This document shows positions 47,651 to 56,100 of a stretch of 64,000 bases of DNA, piece after piece. A program made the position numbers and the translations under genes. The stretch's first letter is position 1. Every line of letters starts with the position of its first letter. The notes under the pieces are model-generated. The model did no database searches, was not told the origin of the DNA, and worked only from the letters and a program-made list of their open reading frames with translations. The stretch is from Chloroflexota bacterium (lineage in GTDB: Bacteria > Chloroflexota > Chloroflexia > Chloroflexales > Roseiflexaceae), in the NCBI GenBank assembly GCA_046051665.1, contig JBJONV010000034.1, positions 6,427 through 70,426 of the forward strand, read 5' to 3'.

Positions 47651-48117
47651 GCCAGCTGATGATAGCCGCCGCGGTGGTAGACCAACGGGGCACGGTCGCT
47701 GACATGTGCTTCGTTGAGGGCGCCGACGATAATCGAGTGATCGCCGCCCGGCAATACATGCGCCAGCGTGCATTCGAATGTCGCACAGGCATTGGCGATA
47801 ACGGGGATGCCGGCAGCGGTCGTCGAGCAGTTGATACCGGTGAATTTATCGGCGATTTTGCTGGCAAAATGTTGCGAAATATCGGCCTGGTCGGCCGCCA
47901 AAATACTCACTGCGAACATCCCAGATTTGAGGATGGCTGCGTGGGTGGGTAAGTGGCTCTGGATGCAGACGAGCAAGAGTTGTGGTTTGAGCGATAACGA
48001 GGTGAATGAACTCACGGTCATTCCATATGCTGCATTGTCGTGCACCGTCGTCACAACGGTCACGCCACTGGGGAAGCTGCCCATCGCTTTGCGAAACAAT
48101 GCATCGTCTATCGACAT
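47647..48117 (-). CDS. Flavin reductase-like (FMN-binding split barrel) protein
   Basis: FRKAMGSFPSGVTVVTT motif. 156 aa. Confidence 0.8.
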   Translation of the reverse strand: MSIDDALFRKAMGSFPSGVTVVTTVHDNAAYGMTVSSFTSLSLKPQLLLVCIQSHLPTHAAILKSGMFAVSILAADQADISQHFASKIADKFTGINCSTTAAGIPVIANACATFECTLAHVLPGGDHSIIVGALNEAHVSDRAPLVYHRGGYHQLA

Positions 48118-48251
48118 GGATGTCCTGCTATCTGGTGCTGTATACGAATGGCATTCTCTCTCCCTATTATAGTATCAATCCCTGGGTGACCATGGTGCGT
48201 GGTGATGCTACACTACAGGCAATACATGAATTCCCACCGGAGGAGAGACGG

Positions 48252-49052
48252 ATGCAGACGATACTCGCGACGATACTCACGCAGACCCCGACGATTCTTA
48301 TCGTGCTCGGCATTCTGTTGGGCAGTGTGGTCATCGCGCGCCGGCTCCGGGTGGTGTCGCAAGCAGGTGCTACACGCATGGGATTCCCCGCCGACATCGC
48401 CGCACTGGCAGGGAGCGTGGTGTTCATTGTGACGCTCCTCATCGGCGCATCGATTGCCTTTGCACAGGGTGGATGGGGCACGGTCGCTTCGAGCTTCATG
48501 GCAGGGTTGGGTCTCGGCGGCGTGGTAGTGGCGTTGGCCATCCAAGATATCGCCAAAAGCTACACCGCAGGCATCATGTTGCTCTATTACCGTCCATATC
48601 AAGTCGACGACGAAGTCTGTATCGCTGGGGTGCGTGGTGTGGTCACCGCGATGCGGTTGCACGTCACCGTCGTCCGCACCCACGCAGGCATGTTGGTCCA
48701 CATCCCCAGCAACGCCATCAATGGCACTGCGATAACGAATTACACCCGTTCCGGTTTGCGCAAGTTGACCTTTGGTCTGACGTTGCCGCGCAACAGTCCG
48801 TTCGAAAACGTGGTCGATGCGTTGCCGGGTATCGTGCAAATGGTCCCGACGGTCGCCCCAGAGCCACAAGCACGGGCCAGTATCAGCGACATGCACGGAG
48901 CCCAGGTGACCATTCAGGTGAGCGTTTGGACCGCCGCAGAGCATGATGAAGCGGGTACCTGTCGTACCCAGGTCATCCTTGCAATCGACGCCTACCTCGG
49001 GTCGCTTCCCATGGTCGCCCGTGCGGGTTCGACGGTCAGCCAGGTCGAGTAG
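48252..49052 (+). CDS. Small-conductance mechanosensitive channel (MscS family)
   Basis: 3 TM helices plus a beta-domain (VDDEVCIAGVRGVVTAMRLHVTVVRTHAGMLVHIPSNAI). ATG 48252 follows GGAGGAGAG. Confidence 0.75.
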   Translation: MQTILATILTQTPTILIVLGILLGSVVIARRLRVVSQAGATRMGFPADIAALAGSVVFIVTLLIGASIAFAQGGWGTVASSFMAGLGLGGVVVALAIQDIAKSYTAGIMLLYYRPYQVDDEVCIAGVRGVVTAMRLHVTVVRTHAGMLVHIPSNAINGTAITNYTRSGLRKLTFGLTLPRNSPFENVVDALPGIVQMVPTVAPEPQARASISDMHGAQVTIQVSVWTAAEHDEAGTCRTQVILAIDAYLGSLPMVARAGSTVSQVE

Positions 49053-49075
49053 GGTTATTTGTATTCTGAGAAAAA

Positions 49076-49104
49076 ACGCCCGTTCCGCATCGCGGAACGG
49101 GCGT
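49076..49104. terminator. Bidirectional terminator between the mscS-family gene and rex
   Basis: 13-bp stem ACGCCCGTTCCGC/GCGGAACGGGCGT with an A-run upstream and T-run downstream. On the minus strand it is followed by TTTTTTCTC. Confidence 0.8.
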
Positions 49105-49120
49105 TTGTGTGGGTGGATGT

Positions 49121-49753
49121 TTAGTCGCCGCGCGCCAAATAAAACGTCATGGAGTGCAACACCGAAAGTGGATCGATATACCGCACCCAGACGCCCTCTG
49201 GTACTTGCAATACCGTCGGCGCGTAACTCAACAAGGCGCGCACACCGGCCTTGATGAGATCATTGGCAACGCCTTGTGCTTTGTCGGCGGGAACGGCAAT
49301 GATGGCCATCTCGATCTTGCGGGCCGGGATGGTCTGGGCGATGCGGTCGCCGTGTTCGACGACGATACTCCCCAATAATTTGCCGACTTTGTCGGGATTT
49401 GCGTCGAACACCGCTGCAATATGAATGCCTTGCGCGCGGAATCCTTCGTAACGTACGATGGCTTCACCCAATTGACCGGCGCCGACCAGGGCGACTGCCC
49501 AGGCGCGGTCGAGGCCGAGGATTTGGTCGATTTGCTCGAGCAACCGTTCGACGTCGTAGCCGATACCCTGTTTGCCGAATTCGCCGAAGTACGACAAATC
49601 CTTGCGAATCTGGGCAGCGGTGACATTGATACGATCACCGAGTTCTTGGGACGATACCGACAGCACCCCTTCGTGCAACAGGTAGCGTAGGCTCCGCGCG
49701 TAGAGCGGGAGTCGACGCACAACGACGTCGGGTGGCATGACAGCACGACTCAC
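49121..49753 (-). CDS. rex: Redox-sensing transcriptional repressor Rex
   Basis: Winged helix [12 protein letters not shown]...[24 protein letters not shown] plus a Rossmann domain ([10 protein letters not shown]). GTG 49753 is preceded by GAGGAG. Confidence 0.9.
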   Translation of the reverse strand: MSRAVMPPDVVVRRLPLYARSLRYLLHEGVLSVSSQELGDRINVTAAQIRKDLSYFGEFGKQGIGYDVERLLEQIDQILGLDRAWAVALVGAGQLGEAIVRYEGFRAQGIHIAAVFDANPDKVGKLLGSIVVEHGDRIAQTIPARKIEMAIIAVPADKAQGVANDLIKAGVRALLSYAPTVLQVPEGVWVRYIDPLSVLHSMTFYLARGD

Positions 49754-49907
49754 AGAGACTCCTCAGATACGCACAGGAAAGAAAAAAGGTATTATTTCGA
49801 GAATAGCACTTTTTTTCACAACGTGCAAGTAGAGCCCATTTTGACGCAGTAGCGTGCTATACTAGCATGCATTTATGAGTGCGTTTGTGTAATCTGAGGT
49901 ATGCCGT

Positions 49908-50990
49908 ATGCGACAAAAACCAGCCATCGCCGCCCTTCGTTCGATGCGCAGTGCACCTGCTGCCGCTGCACCCGTCCCGGTGGTCGCCCGCTTATCAGCG
50001 AACGAAAATCCACTCGGACCTTCACCCAAAGCGATGGCCGCTGCCGCTGCCGCGCTCCCGACGATGCACCGCTACTCTGACCCCAACAACACCGCATTGC
50101 GGGCCGCGTTGGCAACGCACTTCAACCTGACCCCCGATATGGTGTTGTGTGCCAACGGCTCCGACGAGCTGATTTTGCTGATTGCCCTGGCCTATCTCGA
50201 GGCAGGCGACGAAGTCGTCATGGCCGACGGGACGTTTGTCAGTTATGTGATGCGCACCGGCATGATGGACGCCGTCCAAAAGAAAATCCCCTTGCGCAAC
50301 GGCGCCCACGACTTGCCTGCCATGGCAGCTGCAATCACCCCGCGCACACGCATGGTGCTCATCTGTAACCCCAATAATCCGACGGGGTCGACCAACGGCG
50401 CCGCCGAGATGCAGCAGTTCCTGACGACCGTACCCGATGATGTCCTCATCGTCGTCGACGAAGCCTACATCGAATACGCGACGCGTAGCGACTTCCCCGA
50501 CATGATTGCCGAGCTGCGCGCCGGTCGGGCCAATATGGTCGTGTTGCGGACGTATGCGAAAATCTACGGCCTGGCCGGTCTCCGCCTCGGTTACGCCTTG
50601 GGGCACCCTGCCATCCTTGATTATGTGAGCAAAACCCGGCCCGTCTTCGACGTCAATGCACTCGCCGCGGTCGCCGGCATTGCTGCCCTGAGCGATACCG
50701 AGCACCTCGAAGCGAGCCGTGCCCAAGCGGCCGAAGCTCGTGATCTGTATGTGGAGCGCCTGACCGCATTGGGCCTCACGCCGTTCCCCTCCGAAACCAA
50801 CTTCATCGCGGTGCCGCTCCCGGCCGGCGTCAATGACGCCGCGGTCGTCGCAGCCATGGCAGCCCGCGGTATCGCTATTAATAGCCTGGGCGCATGGGGG
50901 TTGCCCGGCGTGTTGCGCATTTCGTTTGGGACGCCTGCCGAAAACACGCTGTGTCTCGATGCACTCTCCGAAATCCTCGCTACCCGTTAA
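49908..50990 (+). CDS. hisC: Histidinol-phosphate aminotransferase
   Basis: LSANENPLGPSP motif and PLP-lysine context RTYAKIYGLAGLRLGY. Confidence 0.85.
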   Translation: MRQKPAIAALRSMRSAPAAAAPVPVVARLSANENPLGPSPKAMAAAAAALPTMHRYSDPNNTALRAALATHFNLTPDMVLCANGSDELILLIALAYLEAGDEVVMADGTFVSYVMRTGMMDAVQKKIPLRNGAHDLPAMAAAITPRTRMVLICNPNNPTGSTNGAAEMQQFLTTVPDDVLIVVDEAYIEYATRSDFPDMIAELRAGRANMVVLRTYAKIYGLAGLRLGYALGHPAILDYVSKTRPVFDVNALAAVAGIAALSDTEHLEASRAQAAEARDLYVERLTALGLTPFPSETNFIAVPLPAGVNDAAVVAAMAARGIAINSLGAWGLPGVLRISFGTPAENTLCLDALSEILATR

Positions 50991-51025
50991 TCACTGTCTC
51001 TGTCTGCTGAAGGAATGTTGTTACT

Positions 51026-52399
51026 ATGAAAATCATCGTCGTTGGGACTGGGTTTGTCGGGCTCTGCCACGCAGCAGTCTGCTCCGAATACGGCCACGAA
51101 GTCTATGCCTATGACATCGACAAAGTCCGTATTGCTGCGTATTCATCCGGCAAAGCCGAAGAAATAGAGCGCATGATCAACGAGCCCGGTTTGGCCACGG
51201 TCATCGCCGAAAATCTCAATCGCTATTTGTTTTTTACCACCGAGATTGCTCCTATCCTCGAAGGCACCGATGCCATCTTCCTCTGTCTGCCCACGCCACC
51301 CAATCCGGATGGCTCGTCTGACTTGAGTTTTTACTTCAACGCCGTCGACTACATCGCCCAATTGTTGGCCAAACGCGTCGATCAGCGCCGCGTCGTGCTC
51401 ATCAACAAAAGCACCGTGCCCATCGGTACCGCCCGTGCCCTCGAGCAGGTATTGGCCAAGCACAACGTGCCCAATGCCGGCGTGGCATCGAACCCCGAGT
51501 TTTTGCCAGAAGGTGATGCTGTCGAAAAATCACGCCGCCCTGATCGCGTCGTGGTCGGTGCCGACACCGAAGAAGACTTCCGCATCCTGCGCCGCATCTA
51601 CTCGCAGTTCGTCAATCACGTGCGCATTAGTTTCATCGAAACAACGCCCGAAACCGCCGAATCGATCAAATACATCGCCAACACGTTGCTCTTGACCTAT
51701 GTCTCGTTTTGGAACGGCATCGGTGCCCGCATCGGCGAGACGTTCCCCAATGTGCGCATGGAAGACCTCAAGCGTGGTGTCACCGCCGACAACCGCATCT
51801 CGAAGTGGGGGTCGTATGTGGGCATCGGCGCGGGCGGTTCGTGCTTCGGCAAAGACGTCCAGTCGCTCATCTATCAGCTCGAAAGTCGCGATCAGGATGC
51901 CCAACTGTTGCGTTCGGTCTATGACATCAACGAATATCAAAAGATGTATTTGCTTGATCGTGCCGAAGAAGAAGCCGGATTTTCGTTTGCCAACAAAACA
52001 GTCGCCCTGCTCGGTTTGTCGTTCAAACAACGCACCAACGACATGCGCGATTCGTCGGCACTCAAGGTCGTCGAAGGCTTGTTGGGTCGTGGCGTCGAAG
52101 CCATCCATGCCTACGATCCGATGTCGATGCACGAGGCACAGCGTTGGTTCAACCCCGTCAAAAATCCGTTGTTCGCCAAGTTGAGCTATCACGAATCGGT
52201 CAAAAGTGCATTGGCAGGGACGGATGTGCTCGTCATTGCGACGGACTGGGAAGAGTTCCGCGGTTTGTCACGCACCATCGAACTCAACACCAAAAAACCC
52301 TACCTCATCATCGACGGCCGCCGCATGATCCCTGATTATGCCGAGTTGGTCGCCCAAGGATTCCGCTACCTTGCCGTCGGATCCCCGCTCCGCGGCTAG
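51026..52399 (+). CDS. ugd: UDP-glucose 6-dehydrogenase family protein
   Basis: N-terminal MKIIVVGTGFVGL Rossmann fold, catalytic-Cys region GAGGSCFGKD and a C-terminal UDP-binding domain. Confidence 0.85.
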   Translation: MKIIVVGTGFVGLCHAAVCSEYGHEVYAYDIDKVRIAAYSSGKAEEIERMINEPGLATVIAENLNRYLFFTTEIAPILEGTDAIFLCLPTPPNPDGSSDLSFYFNAVDYIAQLLAKRVDQRRVVLINKSTVPIGTARALEQVLAKHNVPNAGVASNPEFLPEGDAVEKSRRPDRVVVGADTEEDFRILRRIYSQFVNHVRISFIETTPETAESIKYIANTLLLTYVSFWNGIGARIGETFPNVRMEDLKRGVTADNRISKWGSYVGIGAGGSCFGKDVQSLIYQLESRDQDAQLLRSVYDINEYQKMYLLDRAEEEAGFSFANKTVALLGLSFKQRTNDMRDSSALKVVEGLLGRGVEAIHAYDPMSMHEAQRWFNPVKNPLFAKLSYHESVKSALAGTDVLVIATDWEEFRGLSRTIELNTKKPYLIIDGRRMIPDYAELVAQGFRYLAVGSPLRG

Positions 52400-52426
52400 C
52401 GGAGTCATTTACACACTCCATACGAT

Positions 52427-52463
52427 GCAGCGTGGGGATACTTCCCTGCGCTGCGTTTTTTTC
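52427..52463 (+). terminator. Rho-independent terminator after ugd
   Basis: Stem GCAGCG...CGCTGC enclosing GGGA/TCCC, followed by GTTTTTTT. Confidence 0.7.
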
Positions 52464-52595
52464 TAAAGTTCTAGAGAAAATACTCGCCTGTGTGCGGCAT
52501 AACAGCGGCAAACAGGCTGCATGCGATGTCTCATAGATTTCATACCTACTCTGCGAATCGAGAGAGCCGAACCTCCTATAACAATCACACAAACG

Positions 52596-52765
52596 TAAAC
52601 CAAATCATCATTCCGACGAAATACAAGGATATCTACAGTGCCTATGCCGGCTATGCCAATACCATCCTCGGCGTGCGGAGCGGCCGGATCGTCGTGCTTG
52701 GTTCGCAGACCGACGGCATAAACGTCTCGCGCACTCCAACCAAGACGGCAACACCAACCTCGTAG
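52596..52765 (+). pseudogene. 5'-truncated remnant (last ~56 codons) of a third propeller-protein paralogue
   Basis: NQIIIPTKYKDIYSAYAGYANTILGVRSGRIVVLGSQTDGINVSRTPTKTATPTS aligns with the C-termini ending at 57654 and 61556. The sequence 5' of 52596 is unrelated. There is no module, signal peptide or RBS. Confidence 0.8.
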
Positions 52766-52793
52766 CACCGCAGGACAAGGACAATCAAATCAC

Positions 52794-52832
52794 CCGAGGG
52801 TTGTCGCGTATACGGCGGCCCTCGGTTTTTTC
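52794..52832 (+). terminator. Terminator retained by the truncated paralogue
   Basis: Stem CCGAGGGTTGTCG/CGGCGGCCCTCGG (13 bp, 3 G-U pairs), followed by TTTTTTCTG. Positionally homologous to the hairpins at 57685 and 61587. Confidence 0.65.
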
Positions 52833-53190
52833 TGCGTCAATGTACTACGCGAGTCTCGCCCTGGTGCAGTCCATGCGGCGACCAGATACGGTTGCGCGCA
52901 GGAAACGAACCAACGTGCTCTACTGAAAAACGTCGAATAGTGTTTGTTTTTTAATTTTTTGAATCACGAAGTTTAATTATTTACACAAATACAACTCGAT
53001 CGTCGTCATGGATAGGATATACTGCCCGGTGCGGACGGCAACAAGCGTAAAAAAAGTATCTGGAATCACGAAAACCGAATATAACGAATCTATCAGATTA
53101 TCGGACATATACTGTAATAGATTATTGTGTGGCGAATCGAGTGTCAATTGTATAGTGGTAAGTGGTGATTTTTGTGCCTCGGAGGCCTGC

Positions 53191-56100
53191 ATGCGTATCG
53201 TGAAACACCAGGTGGTGTATACCCGTTTGATTCTTGCGATTGTCTGTATATCGACGATTGTTCTTCATAGTGCTTCTGCCACTGCAGCGGTGGAAGCCAA
53301 ACCTGCCAAAGCAATACCCAATGCGACACCAGTCGCATCGCAGCGTGCACGCAGTGCACGTGTCATCCCCACCACGTCTAATCCGACGATTAACGTCGCC
53401 AACGCTGGCTCGCGGATTGTCGCGAATACGTCGTTTGAAGCACAAACAGTTACAGGGATGATGATTTGTGAAGCAAACATGCGGGGCTGGTTGACGTCGC
53501 ATCCCGTCCAAGCACTCGAAGGCTGTCGTGTCTTCGAAGTGTGGAACAAAGCGACCGCAGGCGATAGCTTGTCAGGTGTCGGCGCGCCTGAGGGCAATTA
53601 TTACATCGAGCTCAATGCATACTACGGTTCGATGTCGTATCAGCCGATTTGTATGGTCGGCGGCGAGTCGTTCGATTTTGAGTTTTATCATCATGCACGG
53701 TATTGGAACGAAACAAACGCAGTCGAGTTCCGCTTCGGTATTCCATCTGGACTCGCCAGCGGCTCCAAAGCAGCGGATAGTTATTCACGCCAAATTCTGC
53801 TGGGTACGACGGTCCAAGGGGCATCGGGATCAACCGCGACCGGCACGGTGACGAGTTATACGGGGACGAGCAGTGGCGCGGCAGCGGTACAAGTTGCACC
53901 ACTCAAGAACTGGGTACGCTACAGCGGCACACATACCGTGGCTTCAGATTTTGGTGGCGTCAAAAATCTCGGTTTTTATGGCATAACGCCGACATCGGCC
54001 ATTGGTAATCTGCTCGACAAAATCTCGATTAACTTGAATCCGATTATCGACATGGGTGGCAGTGTGGATAGTAGCGCCGGCGAACAATCGACACCGGCGA
54101 GCATCAAAATCCGCATCAATGGGCGGATTGCTGCTGGGACCAAAATCGCACTTCGTCGCAACGCCGCAGATCCCGGTGATGCCGTCAGTGATACCGACTT
54201 TACCCTCGGGACGGTCAGTGCAGGTGCCAATGGTACTGCGGCCGTGACCCACACCAGTGGGAGTGATGTCTGGTTGATCGACGTCCCTGCAGGTGATTAC
54301 GACGGTGGAAAAGTCGCCGCCAACAACCAGAGTGGGCTGACCATTCCGGTCACATACACCTACGACATGGCAAGCGAAGCAACCGAGTACGCCTACTTTG
54401 AACTGGCAAATCCGGGCGAAGAGGGTTCGAGTGACGGCACCGTGTGGGCATACGCTGCCCCGACCTGTGATGGCTCGTTCAAAAACGATGGCGTCGTCTA
54501 TACCATCACGAATGTCGATCCGACAAACACGCCGACGAGCACCCCGACCAAAACATTCACTCCCAGCAATACTGCGACTGCGACACAGACATTTACACCG
54601 ACACACACATACACACCAACGATGACCTCCACCGTGACCAAAACACCGTCGCCGACGACGGAGCCGACAGTGGCAGGGGTCGTGCCGACGACGAGCAATC
54701 CCACCATAAACACATCGATTGCAGGCGTCCGTACGATGGCAAATACATCGTTCGAAGTTACTGATTCGAGCTGTTCTCTGCCCATGGGGTCGTGGGATTA
54801 CGTTCGTCAAGAACATATGGCAGGCTGGTTTACGGCGCACCCACTGTCGCAAGAAGCCTGTAATAGCTCAAAATCTGGTCCCGTCTCGTATCGTCCCATC
54901 GAGCTGAATATCCGTTCGGATGCGCCGGATGGGACCAACGTGGCATCACTCAATGCCGATGTGGCTTCATTCTTGTATCAAAAACTCTGTGTCAAGAGTG
55001 GGGAATCGTTCGATTTTGAGTTTTATCATAATGTCGGCGGAACCAATCGGACCGATATTGCAGCGTTTCGGCTCGGCATCCCATCGGGGCTTCCGGCTGG
55101 CTCGGTAGCGGCGGATAGCTATGACCGCGAGATTTTGCGCGCCAGTAGTAGCGCCGGAGCCACTGCTGATATTGTGACATCGGTCGCACAGACACAAGGC
55201 TCGGGAACAATCAACGGCGCGGCGAGCATTGTGTCGGGCTGGGGAAAATACTCCGGCACACATACACTCCCGGCGACCGGGTATGACGGTGTCCGCAACA
55301 TCGGTTTTTATGGCATTGCATCTATCTGTCCCGGCTGCGGTAATTTGCTCGACAAAATAACCCTCGGACTCGACCCGTTCATGGACATGGGCTCCTCTCG
55401 CGATGCCACTATCCTCGAAAGTACGTCGGGCAGTATCAACATCCGTATCAATGGCCGCGTTGCTGCCGGGACGACGGTTGTGCTCCGCAAACGGCAAGGA
55501 ACGGCCACCAGCGACAGCGACTTCACCATAGGAACGGTCAGTGCGGGTGTCTATGGGAATGCCACCGTCACCCATACCAGTGGGAGCAATCTCTGGACGA
55601 TTAGTGTACCTGCCGGGGACTACGACGGCGGCATATTCCCCAGCAACAACACAGGCGGTCTGACCATCCCGATAAACTATCTGTACGATGTCATCGGTGA
55701 TACCGGTGAATACGCGATGTTCCAGTTGGGCGCTCCGGGGGACGATGGCGCTTCATCCAATTGGGCGCTGACCGATCCGACCTGTGACGGGTCGTTCAAA
55801 GATGACGGTGTCGTGCACACCATCACCAATTTGGCCCCGACCGCGACACCCACACATACACCCACAAACACCTATACACCGACTAACACTCCGACCAAGA
55901 CATCCACACCGACGGCAACCAACACCCCGAGTGGGCAGTACATCACCTTTGCGACGCCGAGCGATAAGGTCAATGGCGATCCGAACTTCACGTTAACTGC
56001 GACGAGTTCGATCGGTCAGCCATTGACGTATGCTTCGACGACACCGTCGGTGTGTACGGTGTCCGGCGCAGTTGTGACAATCGTCGGACCTGGAACCTGC

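Noticed and set aside
49790-49840. Rex operator upstream of rex/hisC (TTCACAA at about 49824-49830).
   Set aside because: Only one half-site of the TTGTGAA-N6-TTCACAA palindrome is present, and the partner half is not recognisable.
52490-52765. 91-aa ORF listed as a complete gene.
   Set aside because: Only its last ~56 codons are homologous to the propeller paralogues. The first ~35 codons are unrelated read-in sequence with no RBS. It is called a gene remnant instead.
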